A stretch of DNA of 64,000 bases from Acidobacteriota bacterium. GTDB lineage: Bacteria > Acidobacteriota > Vicinamibacteria > Vicinamibacterales > CAVVIG01. The notes beneath the pieces are model-generated. The model saw nothing but the letters and a program-made list of their open reading frames with translations, ran no database searches and had not been told where the DNA came from. The translations under genes were made by a program, and so were the position numbers. The stretch is from the NCBI GenBank assembly GCA_046726355.1, contig JBKPAI010000070.1, forward strand, positions 22,637 through 86,636, given 5' to 3'. Positions 47,364-55,453 of the stretch are shown here, piece by piece. The stretch's first letter is position 1. The number at the start of each line of letters is the position of its first letter.

Positions 47364-47987
47364 TTGACGCCACGTGTACAATCTTCGCCTTTGGCATACC
47401 ACATCAATCAGTACCCGCTCGAGCAGGGCGCGCTCGAGATCCAGTACATCGAGGAGTTTTTCGGCGAGTTTCCGCGCAAGAAGACGGCTGCGGAAATCGT
47501 TCGCCGTCTGAGCGGACGCTCCCATCTCATCCTGCTGGCCATTGCTCCGCTGCCCGACGATCCGGGCACGGTCGTGCCGGTCTCGTTCAAGGTCGCGCAC
47601 GAAATCAAGGCGCCGGAGGCGGAGCCGAAGCTGGCAGACCTCGTCGAGCGGCTGCACGAGTACGTCCAGTTCGACGGCCGGCGCGTTCTCTACACCTGGA
47701 TCGGTGGCACGCGGCGCGACTGGCGCGGCAAGGGCTTCTTTCGCGCCTTGACCGAACAGCAGGAACACTGGGCGATCGAGCAGGGGTTCGACGAAATCGT
47801 GGTGAAGACCAAAAACCGGTTCTACGAGATGCGTGCCACCCTCGACAACCTGCACTTCCAGGTGGTCAAATACGAGCGCAACGCCGCTGACAATGCCGAG
47901 TCAAAGGTGTATTTGAGCAAAAAGCTCGTGCCCGAGACGATCAAGACCCACCGCAGCGCCCGCACGGTTGTCGAGATCAAGGACTGA
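47364..47987 (+). CDS. GNAT-like N-acetyltransferase
   Basis: This is the C-terminal part of ORF 47250..47987. It has the acetyl-CoA-binding-like segment YTWIGGTRRDWRGKGFFRALTEQQEHWAIEQGFDEIVVKT. There is no in-frame ATG near the start of the conserved region. The start is guessed at TTG 47364 (alternative TTG 47391), because the ORF's upstream portion runs through repeat-like G-rich sequence. Confidence 0.55.
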   Translation: MTPRVQSSPLAYHINQYPLEQGALEIQYIEEFFGEFPRKKTAAEIVRRLSGRSHLILLAIAPLPDDPGTVVPVSFKVAHEIKAPEAEPKLADLVERLHEYVQFDGRRVLYTWIGGTRRDWRGKGFFRALTEQQEHWAIEQGFDEIVVKTKNRFYEMRATLDNLHFQVVKYERNAADNAESKVYLSKKLVPETIKTHRSARTVVEIKD

Positions 47988-48112
47988 AAGCACTTACAGG
48001 GTGGCCGCGCACCGTCCCCTCTCAGATTCCGAAATTCGCAAATTTTGAAGGGGTTCCTGCGTGCAACTTTCCCTCACTCGGGTCCGTCCAATCGCCTTGA
48101 TCCGGTCTTTCC

Positions 48113-48365
48113 ACGAACGTTGGAGGAAGACAACCGAGGTGACGGAGCGAACGGCATCAACGCAGAGAAACGGAGCAATGGAGACGAGCAGAGAGCTGGT
48201 GAAGTTTTGAGTTGTGAGTCCTGAGTGATGATTCCTGCGACCCCGATGAAGTCTGAAACTCACGACTCAAAACTCACGACTCAGGACTGACTTGTCTTCT
48301 CCGTTTCGTCTCCGTTCCTCCGTTCCTCTGTGTTTTACCGTTTCCTCCGTGACCTCTGCTGTCCG
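48113..48365. repeat. compound palindrome: family B ACGGAG arm, AT-richer inner palindrome, family B CTCCGTT arm
   Basis: The left arm is about 48113-48196 (..gacggagcgaacggcatcaacgcagagaaacggagcaatggagacg..). The inner pair is gttttgagttgtgagt (48205-48220) and actcacgactcaaaac (48258-48273). The right arm 48293-48365 ends 10 nt before the ADOP start. Confidence 0.8.
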
Positions 48366-48374
48366 AGCGAAACC

Positions 48375-50801
48375 ATGCTCGACAAACTGCGACAGGACGT
48401 GCGCGATGCACTCCGCCTCTGGCGGCGGCGCCCGACGTATGCGATGGTCGCGATTCTCACGCTCGCCATCGGTATCGGCGCCAACGCCGCCATGTTCAGC
48501 ATCGTCAATGCGGTGCTGCTGCGGCCGCTGCCGTACGACGGCGCCGATCGCCTGGTCTCGATCTGGGGCCGCACGGCGGCATTTCCTCGCGGCCTCCTGA
48601 CGTACAAGGAGTACGAGGAAATCCGCAAACAGAGCAGCACCCTCGACGCCGTTGCCTTGTATCTGCCGCAGAGTGTCAATCTCACCGGCGTCAGCGAGCC
48701 GCAGCGCCTCGTCGGCATCTTCGCATCCGGATCGTTTTTCGACGTGCTCGGCCTGAAGGCGGAGCGCGGCCGTCTCTACACGGAGGAGGAAAGCACGCCG
48801 GGCACCGTGACGCCGGTGGTTGTGCTCAGCCATCAGTTGTGGCGGCAGCGTTTCAATGAAGACCCGTCCGCGATCGGGTCGACGCTGACGCTGAACGGCA
48901 CGCCGCTGACTGTCGTCGGCGTCATGGCGCCGCCGTTCGACACGAACACCGTTCCGCGCGCCGGCTATTTCATCAACGGCGATGTCTTCCTGCCGGCCGC
49001 GCACTTTCCGGCGCCGAGAGGCCTCTACGGCGCCGGGCCGGTGATGCTCGGCATCGGGCGCCTCAAGGCCGCCGCCGGTCTTGGCGCCGCAGGCGCCGAG
49101 CTCGACGTGGTCGGCAGACGCCTGCTCGCGGCGGACGCGAACGCGCAGGCGGGCAGGACGATCCTCGCCGAGCCGGCACAGGAGAGCGTCGTCGGGACGT
49201 CGCGCCCGGCGCTGCTCTTGCTGTTTGCTGCCGTGGGCGTCGTGCTGCTGATTGCGTGTGTGAACGTCAGCCACCTGCTGCTGGCGCGCGCGATCGATCG
49301 GCAGCGTGAGATCGCGCTCAGAGCGGCACTCGGCGCCAGCCGGACGGCGGTCGTGCGCCAGCTCACGGTTGAAGCGGCGCTTCTTGCGGCCGCCGCGTCG
49401 ATCGCCGGCCTCGTGATTGGGCGGTGGGCGCTGCAGGGCCTGGTGTGGCTGCAACCGCCGTCGGTCCCAATCCCGGCTCGTGTTCCGCTCGATCGCCAGG
49501 TGCTGGCGTTTACCGGAGCGACCGGCATAGTCGTGGTCATGCTCTGCGCTCTGATGCCAGCCCTCCGCGCGTCGCGGCCCGACATCAGCCGCGTGCTCGC
49601 CGGATTCCGCCGCGCCTCCCGTTCCGGCCATCGCACGCGTGATGTCCTGATGGTTGCCGAGATGGCGATGTCAGTGGCGCTCGTGGCCGTTTCGGTCCTG
49701 TTGATTCAGAGCCTGCTGGCGGTCCAGCAGGTGCCGCTTGGTTTCGATCCCTCCAACGTCTTCACGCTGCAGTTCCGTCTCCCGCAGAACAAGTACTCCA
49801 GCCCCGACCAGATCGCGCGTTTTTTCAAGAGCGCGATCGAGCAGGTGCGTGCTGTGCCCGGCGTTCAGGCCGCGGCGCTCGTGCGGGCGGTGCCGTTCAG
49901 CGGCAACGGCGGCATGACGCCGTACGCGGTCGAAGGCCGCGCTCCAGTCGACCCGGGTTCGACGCCGCAGGCACGCCTGCACTTCGTCACGCCCGATTAC
50001 TTCAAGACCATGAGAATTCCGCTGGTGAAGGGGCGGGATTTTACCGATCGTGACGATCTGCAGGCCCCGCTCGTCGCCGTGATCAACCAGACGTTCGCGC
50101 GACGCGAGTGGGCGGACGACGATCCGATTGGCAGGCACATCACGACACCCAACACCCAGGGACTGATCACAGTCGTCGGCGTCGTCGGCGACGCGAAGCA
50201 CTACACGGCCACCGAACCCGACGTGCCCCAGTTGTATGTCGCGCACTATCAGGTGCCGCTGATCTTTTCGTCGCTGGTCGCTCGAACCGCTGTTCCTCCG
50301 GAAAGCCTCACGAACGCCATTCGGCAGGCAATCTGGGCTGTGGACAAGGACCAGCCCGTCTGGGCGATCCTGTCACTCCAGGCGCAGGTCGACAGCACGC
50401 GCGGTCCGTCGCGGTTCCTGGCGCTGCTTCTCGGCATGTTCGCGGGCGTCGCGCTGCTGCTTGCCGGCGTCGGCATTTACGGGATCACGAGCTACGCCGT
50501 CTCACAGCGGACGCACGAAATCGGCATCCGGCTGGCGCTGGGCGCCTCCGGCGAACGTGTGCTGCGCGAGGTCGTCGGCCACGGCGTGCGGCTCACCGTG
50601 GCAGGTCTCGCCATCGGGGTTGCCGCCGCCGTGGTGATGGCGCGCCTGGCCACCGCCGTGCTGTTCGGTGTCCAGCCGACCGATCCCGCCGCACTGATCG
50701 TGGCTGCGGTCGTCCTCGCGACCGTGTCGGTGGGCGCCTGCTATTTTCCTGGGCGGCGTGCCGCCCGCGTCGATCCTGTGATCGCCCTTACAGAAGAATA
50801 A
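48375..50801 (+). CDS. ADOP-family duplicated orphan permease
   Basis: Met 16 of ORF 48330..50801. MLDKLRQDVRDALRLWRRRPTYAMVAILTLAIGIGANAAMFS is followed by two periplasmic-domain + FtsX modules. It ends GRRAARVDPVIALTEE. Confidence 0.85.
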   Translation: MLDKLRQDVRDALRLWRRRPTYAMVAILTLAIGIGANAAMFSIVNAVLLRPLPYDGADRLVSIWGRTAAFPRGLLTYKEYEEIRKQSSTLDAVALYLPQSVNLTGVSEPQRLVGIFASGSFFDVLGLKAERGRLYTEEESTPGTVTPVVVLSHQLWRQRFNEDPSAIGSTLTLNGTPLTVVGVMAPPFDTNTVPRAGYFINGDVFLPAAHFPAPRGLYGAGPVMLGIGRLKAAAGLGAAGAELDVVGRRLLAADANAQAGRTILAEPAQESVVGTSRPALLLLFAAVGVVLLIACVNVSHLLLARAIDRQREIALRAALGASRTAVVRQLTVEAALLAAAASIAGLVIGRWALQGLVWLQPPSVPIPARVPLDRQVLAFTGATGIVVVMLCALMPALRASRPDISRVLAGFRRASRSGHRTRDVLMVAEMAMSVALVAVSVLLIQSLLAVQQVPLGFDPSNVFTLQFRLPQNKYSSPDQIARFFKSAIEQVRAVPGVQAAALVRAVPFSGNGGMTPYAVEGRAPVDPGSTPQARLHFVTPDYFKTMRIPLVKGRDFTDRDDLQAPLVAVINQTFARREWADDDPIGRHITTPNTQGLITVVGVVGDAKHYTATEPDVPQLYVAHYQVPLIFSSLVARTAVPPESLTNAIRQAIWAVDKDQPVWAILSLQAQVDSTRGPSRFLALLLGMFAGVALLLAGVGIYGITSYAVSQRTHEIGIRLALGASGERVLREVVGHGVRLTVAGLAIGVAAAVVMARLATAVLFGVQPTDPAALIVAAVVLATVSVGACYFPGRRAARVDPVIALTEE

Positions 50802-50802
50802 A

Positions 50803-50897
50803 CGAGCCAAGGACGCGAATGAGACAAAGGACACAAAGCGAAGACTGTGGTTTGAATTATCAGCCGATTTTTTTACCGGCCCTTCAGGTCTGCTTTA
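50803..50897 (+). terminator. family A array plus the same conserved tail module as at 13561-13612
   Basis: cgagccaaggacgcgaatgagacaaaggacacaaagcgaagactgtggtttgaattatcagccgatttttttaccggcccttcaggtctgc. It starts 2 nt after the ADOP stop and has a U-rich stretch after the array. Confidence 0.55.
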
Positions 50898-50907
50898 CCA
50901 TCTGCAT

Positions 50908-51381
50908 ATGCCCCAAACGACGCCATACACAACCGATCTCGGCGGGCGCGAGCCGCTTGCTGCGATGAGGGACACGGTCGACCGCATTCGCACGCTGGCG
51001 AGTCAATGGTCGCCTGCGCAGTTCGAGCGCAGCTACGCACCCGGCAAATGGAGCGGACGGCAGATCCTGATTCATCTCGCGCAGACCGAACTGGCGCTGG
51101 GCAACCGCGCCCGTATGGCCCTGTCGACGCCCGGGTACGTCGCCCAGGCCTTCGATCAGAATGTGTGGATCGGCCGCGACGCCGCGCTTGGCGGCCGCGA
51201 GGCGCTCGACGCGCTTGGCGCGATGTCGACAATGAACCGGTCGATGTTCGCGTCGCTGACGGGCGCGGATCGGGCCACGCCGCTCTCGCATCCGGAGTAC
51301 GGCGCGTTGACAGTCGACTGGATCATCCACCAGATGGCCGGTCACTTGATTCACCATCTGAAGCAGCTCGAGCAGATTTGA
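50908..51381 (+). CDS. DinB family protein
   Basis: 157 aa with the four-helix DinB pattern and His residues (QILIHLAQTELALGNR ... IIHQMAGHLIHHLKQL). Confidence 0.8.
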   Translation: MPQTTPYTTDLGGREPLAAMRDTVDRIRTLASQWSPAQFERSYAPGKWSGRQILIHLAQTELALGNRARMALSTPGYVAQAFDQNVWIGRDAALGGREALDALGAMSTMNRSMFASLTGADRATPLSHPEYGALTVDWIIHQMAGHLIHHLKQLEQI

Positions 51382-51384
51382 CGA

Positions 51385-51470
51385 GACGCAGGAAACGGAG
51401 GGGACGGAGGAAACGGTACAACAGGAACGGTGAAACGGAGACGGAACGGAGAAGACCTGACAGATTTCTC
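51385..51470 (-). repeat. family B module (reverse orientation) plus short hairpin
   Basis: The reverse complement of 51385-51456 (gtcttctccgttccgtctccgtttcaccgttcct...accgtttcctccgt...) is collinear with 48293-48365. It is followed by the aacggaga / tctccgtt stem. Confidence 0.8.
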
Positions 51471-51490
51471 CGTTTATGTCGTTACCGGCG

Positions 51491-51556
51491 AAGCCTCGAG
51501 CCTCAAGGGCCCAAAGCCGCTCCGGCCCAAGGCCCAAGCCCAAAGCCCAAAGCCTA
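51491..51556. repeat. family D array (GCCCAAAG units) abutting the stop of the truncated receptor
   Basis: aagcctcgagcctcaagggcccaaagccgctccggcccaaggcccaagcccaaagcccaaagccta. Confidence 0.7.
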
Positions 51557-53230
51557 AAAAGTAAATCGCAGCCCGATCTGTCCAACGCGCTGCTCCGGGC
51601 GACGGAAATCGCCCGAGAACGTTGTCGGCTCGAGCAGATTGGGATCGGCGGTGCCGCTCGACGGCACGATGACGCGCGCCCGGAAGCCGCTCGGATTGAG
51701 CGCGTTGAACAGGTTGAACACCTCGCCAATCGCCTCCACGTTGGCGTGGCGCCCCACGTGGAACAGTTTCGAGACGCGGACGTTGGTCTGCGTCTGGGAA
51801 TAACCACGCCCGCAGTTGACCGTCTCGCAGTCGCCGGTTTCCTTGAAGGTCGTGAACTCGGTGACCGCGCCGTTCGCCGGTTTGTTCGGGTCGAAGCTGT
51901 CGACGGCGTACGCCTTGGCGGGGATGTCGACCGCGTCGCCGTCGAGGTTCAGATCTCGTCCGTCGACCAGGTTGACCGGCAGCGCGGAGCGGAAGAAAAA
52001 GATCGGCGCCACCCGGACGCCGCCCTTGACCTCGAACACGGCGCTGAGCGAGATGAGGTGGCGTGCATCGGTTGTCAGGTTCGGACCGAGTTGCCGCGGG
52101 TCGTCGAACGGGTTCTTGGGATCCTGGATATTGGCGGTGTTCAGTTCGTCGGCCGCAGCGCCGATCGTGCTGACGCCGCGCTGCAGCGTGTAGTTCGTGC
52201 TGAAGTCGATACCGCCGGTGAGCCGCCGCCGGACGCTGAGAATCATGGCGTCGTAGCGGCTCCTCCCGCGGCTGACCGCCGGCCGATTGTTCATCGTATT
52301 CGGCGACAGGGTCGGGATGATGGCGGCCAGCATTCGCGTCGTCGATCCCGGAATGCGCTGGTTCACGCGCGGACGGAAATTCAGATCGCGACCGAGAGAG
52401 TTGACGTAGTCGACGCTCACGACCGTACTGCTCGATACCTCGCGCGAATATCCGGCGTTCGCCTGGATCTGATACGGCTGCTCGAGCCGCGGATCCACCC
52501 ACTGGCCGAACAGCGGAAAGGCGCCCGGTGTCACCTGGTTCTGGCTCTGGATGTTCGCCACTGGCTGACCGACGGTGAAGAAGGTGCCGTTGGCATTTCT
52601 GATACCGGCCGACTCGGTCACGTTGAAGACCTGCCCGAACCCGTTGCCGGTGGAATCGGCCGCCGCGAACAGTACGTTGGAGTTCGTGTAGCCGACATCC
52701 GTGTAGATGCCCCACCCACCGCGGACGATATTCCTGCCGTCGCCGGTCGCGTCGAGCACAGCGCCGATACGGGGCTGAATGTTGTTGTGGTCCTCACGTG
52801 GATCGAGGGCGAAGTTCGTCAAGGCCGGGAACGAGCCGAGCAGGCCCGCTTGGGCCGCGGCCACGACCTTCATGTAATTCGGGTTCTTCGCCTCGTCAAA
52901 CTGATACCCGGTCATGAGGTCGTAGCGGATTCCCAGGTTCACGGTCAGCCGATCGGCGACGCGCCAGTCGTCCTGGATGTAGGTCGCGAACTGCTTCAGC
53001 GGGATGTTGGCCGACGAGTCGCCGTCGCTGAGCGTGACGGACGAAAGCGGCCCGTTCTTGTCATTGGTCAAGTGGGTGTAGAAATACGCGCCTTTGCCGG
53101 TGTTGAACGTGATGAACAGACGCGGCTCGTTGATGAAATTCACGCCGGCTTTGAAGTCGTGACCGAGTCCGCCCATTCCCGTGGCACGCCAGGAAAAGTC
53201 GTCGCGGAACTGATACTGAGCACGTAAACC
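51554..53230 (-). pseudogene. TonB-dependent receptor, C-terminal barrel half only (5'-truncated)
   Basis: Receptor-like sequence starts around LRAQYQFRDDFSWRATGMGGLGHDFKAGV and ends QIGLRFTF. This aligns by eye to roughly the last 550 aa of the about 1100-aa paralogs in this window. The signal peptide, CarboxypepD_reg domain and plug are missing. The 5' part of ORF 51554..53458 is translated repeat sequence. Confidence 0.6.
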
Positions 53231-53240
53231 ATATAGTAGA

Positions 53241-53344
53241 GGTTCAGGACAGGCAAAACGGGCAGAGCGGCAGGACGGCAGGGCGGGCACGAGGGGCAGG
53301 ACGGGCGCTGGAGCGGCAGGACGGGCAGGCAGGAGTGTCAGGCG
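53241..53344. repeat. family C-related array (CAGGACGGG / CAGGGCGGG units, 8-9-nt period)
   Basis: ggttcaggacaggcaaaacgggcagagcggcaggacggcagggcgggcacgaggggcaggacgggcgctggagcggcaggacgggcaggcaggagtgtcaggcgg. It is preceded by an AT-rich patch, cacgtaaaccatatagtaga. Confidence 0.75.
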
Positions 53345-53364
53345 GAAGCCCGCACAGCAATCCG

Positions 53365-53456
53365 CTCCGACCGAACTCCGACTGCACTCCGACCGAAGTC
53401 CGATCGAGGTCTGATGGCAGTCCGACCTCGGTCGCAGCGCAGTCGGACCGAAGTCC
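53365..53456. repeat. 11-nt tandem array, about 8 units (STCCGACCGAA-type)
   Basis: ctccgaccgaa ctccgactgca ctccgaccgaa gtccgatcgag gtctgatggca gtccgacctcg gtcgcagcgca gtcggaccgaa gtcc. Confidence 0.8.
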
Positions 53457-53464
53457 AACCCTAC

Positions 53465-55453
53465 TCAGCGTAACGACCTGAGCAAACGCTCGACTTCCGG
53501 GCGCTGTGGGGCGCCCGCCGGAAGCCGCGACAGAAGGTCCCGCGCCGCAGCGGCGGCGTCGGATCGCCGCCCGGATCGGGCATAGGCGAGCGCCAGGTTG
53601 AAGCGGGCCTCGTGGAGATCCGGATCCGCGGCCAACGCTTCCTGCAGATACCGGATCGCGCCGGCGTTATCGCCGCGCGCGGAGCGTGCAATCCCCAGAT
53701 TGGCGCGGACCGCCGGGTTGTCGGGCTCCAGCCGCCCGGCTTCGGTCAGCGCGCGCTCAGCGCCGTCGAGATCATTTGCCTGGCCGAGACACGTGGCGAG
53801 TCCGAGATAGGCATCCACCGCTGCCAGACCGGCGTCGAGCGCCGCGCGGAACTCCGGCAGCGCGCGGGCGCAGTCACCCCTCTGCAGCCGCGCATACGCG
53901 AGCCGCAAACGCGCCTGCCCGTTGCGAGGGTCGTCGCGCACGATGGCTTCGAGCGCCGACACGAGCGCCTCCCCGGTCAATTCGCCCGACGTGACCTGCG
54001 CGATTCGCGCGGCCAGCTCGCGGCGCTCTTTCGGATCCGGGCGCTTCACGCCACCGGCGCGCCGCGATTCGGCGCTATACCCGAGTGCGCGCAGCCGCTC
54101 CGCCGCTGACGGATCGGGGGCGCGATCGGAGCCGAGACCGTCGCCCGAGTAGCGGCCGACGCGGTTATCGAGACGGCGAACAACGGCCTCATGCCCACCG
54201 GCCACATTGATCTGTTCGGCGGCATCCTGGCTGGTGTCGTACAGCTCGGGCTGCGGCGCCGCGATCAACTTCCATTGGCCGGAGCGGATTGCGCGGAGCG
54301 GCGCCCAGCCGAACTCCACGAGCGGCGCAAACGATTCCGCATACAGCTCCCGGGACGGCAGTCGTCTCCCCTCGAGCGCAGGCGTGAGATCGATGCCGTC
54401 AGCGTCCTTCATCTCCACGCCGAGCAGGCGCGCGGCGGTCGGCGCGATGTCCGCCAGCGTGACCGGCTCGGCGATCCGACGCCCGCGGCCCTGGCCGTCC
54501 AAGGCCGTCAACCCCGGCACCCGCATCACCAGCGGCACCTGGAGCGTCGTGTCGTAGACGAAGATGCTGTGCGCGTACTCGCCATGCTCGCCGAACGACT
54601 CGCCGTGATCGCCGGCAGCGACGACGATCGTGTCCGACAGCCGTTCGCCGAGCGCGTTCAGCAGGCGGCCGATCTCGCGGGTCGCGGCCGCAATCTCGCC
54701 GTCGTAGCGCTCGAGCACCGGCCGGGACGTGTCCTCGCCGTACGGCGCGTGCGGCTCGAAGACGTGGACCCACAAGAAGAACCGGCCTGGTAGGGTAGGT
54801 GGGGCAGGTAAGGCGGGTGGGGCAGGCGGGCCAGGCCCGTTCACGGCACCGATCGTGGACAACCAGCCGATGGCTTCGCCGATCACCGCGGATGCCGGCC
54901 GCTCATTCGCCGGCCGGCCATCGGGTCCGCGACCGAGCCGATCGCTGTAGACGTCGAAGCCGCGGTCGAGGCCGAACTGGTGATCGAGCGGAAACGCTGC
55001 GACGAACGCGGCGGTCCTGAACCCGCGGTCGTGCAGCAGCGTGGCGAGCGTCGGCACGTTCGGTGATGCACGCAAGCCGTTGTCGCGTGCGCCGTGGCCT
55101 GGAGGGTATCGCCCGGTGAGAATCGTGGCGTGCGAGGTCAGCGTGATCGGCGCCGCGGCATACGCGCGCTCGAACAGCACGCTGCCGGCAAGAGCGTCGA
55201 GCGCTGCGGTGTTCCCGCGCGCGTACCCGTACGCGCCAACGTGATCGGCGCGCAGCGTATCGATGGTGATCAGCATGAGGTTTCTTGCCTGCGCGGCGCC
55301 GGCGGAACGACTGCCAGGCCCGCAGCTCACAGAGACAATGAGGCACCCGCCGCACGCGAGGAATGTTCTGAATCGGGAAAGTCGATTGTTCCGCCATTGC
55401 CGAGCATCGGGGCCCGATGGTCTCGCTCGATGCATCTCGGCCCGACGCATCAT
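53465..55453 (-). CDS. sulfatase-like hydrolase/transferase fused to C-terminal TPR repeats
   Basis: N-terminal TM segment, then NLMLITIDTLRADHVGAYGY and LTSHATILTGRYPPGHG (no canonical CxPxR), then AGDHGESFGEHGEY. The C-terminal third is TPR-like. The start ATGATG overlaps the upstream stop. Confidence 0.8.
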   Translation of the reverse strand: MMRRAEMHRARPSGPDARQWRNNRLSRFRTFLACGGCLIVSVSCGPGSRSAGAAQARNLMLITIDTLRADHVGAYGYARGNTAALDALAGSVLFERAYAAAPITLTSHATILTGRYPPGHGARDNGLRASPNVPTLATLLHDRGFRTAAFVAAFPLDHQFGLDRGFDVYSDRLGRGPDGRPANERPASAVIGEAIGWLSTIGAVNGPGPPAPPALPAPPTLPGRFFLWVHVFEPHAPYGEDTSRPVLERYDGEIAAATREIGRLLNALGERLSDTIVVAAGDHGESFGEHGEYAHSIFVYDTTLQVPLVMRVPGLTALDGQGRGRRIAEPVTLADIAPTAARLLGVEMKDADGIDLTPALEGRRLPSRELYAESFAPLVEFGWAPLRAIRSGQWKLIAAPQPELYDTSQDAAEQINVAGGHEAVVRRLDNRVGRYSGDGLGSDRAPDPSAAERLRALGYSAESRRAGGVKRPDPKERRELAARIAQVTSGELTGEALVSALEAIVRDDPRNGQARLRLAYARLQRGDCARALPEFRAALDAGLAAVDAYLGLATCLGQANDLDGAERALTEAGRLEPDNPAVRANLGIARSARGDNAGAIRYLQEALAADPDLHEARFNLALAYARSGRRSDAAAAARDLLSRLPAGAPQRPEVERLLRSLR
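54787..54839 (-). repeat. family C array embedded in-frame in the sulfatase-like CDS
   Basis: ctggtagggtaggtggggcaggtaaggcgggtggggcaggcgggccaggcccg. The core ggtggggcaggtaaggcgggtgggg matches the reverse complement of 6841-6869 (ggtagggcaggtagggcgggtagg) at 21 of 24 positions. It encodes GPGPPAPPALPAPPTLPG. Confidence 0.75.

Noticed and set aside
48267-49631. 454-aa minus-strand ORF antisense to the third ADOP permease
   Set aside because: It is an Arg-rich shadow frame, and its 5' part is translated repeat sequence.
53231-53458. N-terminal 76 codons of ORF 51554..53458
   Set aside because: They are encoded entirely by the 8-9-nt and 11-nt tandem arrays (LPARPAAPAPVLPLVPALP...). This is not a signal peptide or a receptor domain. 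I treat it as non-coding sequence upstream of a truncated gene.
532-54839. CRISPR interpretation of the short repeats
   Set aside because: The units are 7-11 nt and directly abutting, with no unique spacers of 25-40 nt. The arrays are under 200 nt, and no cas genes are present.
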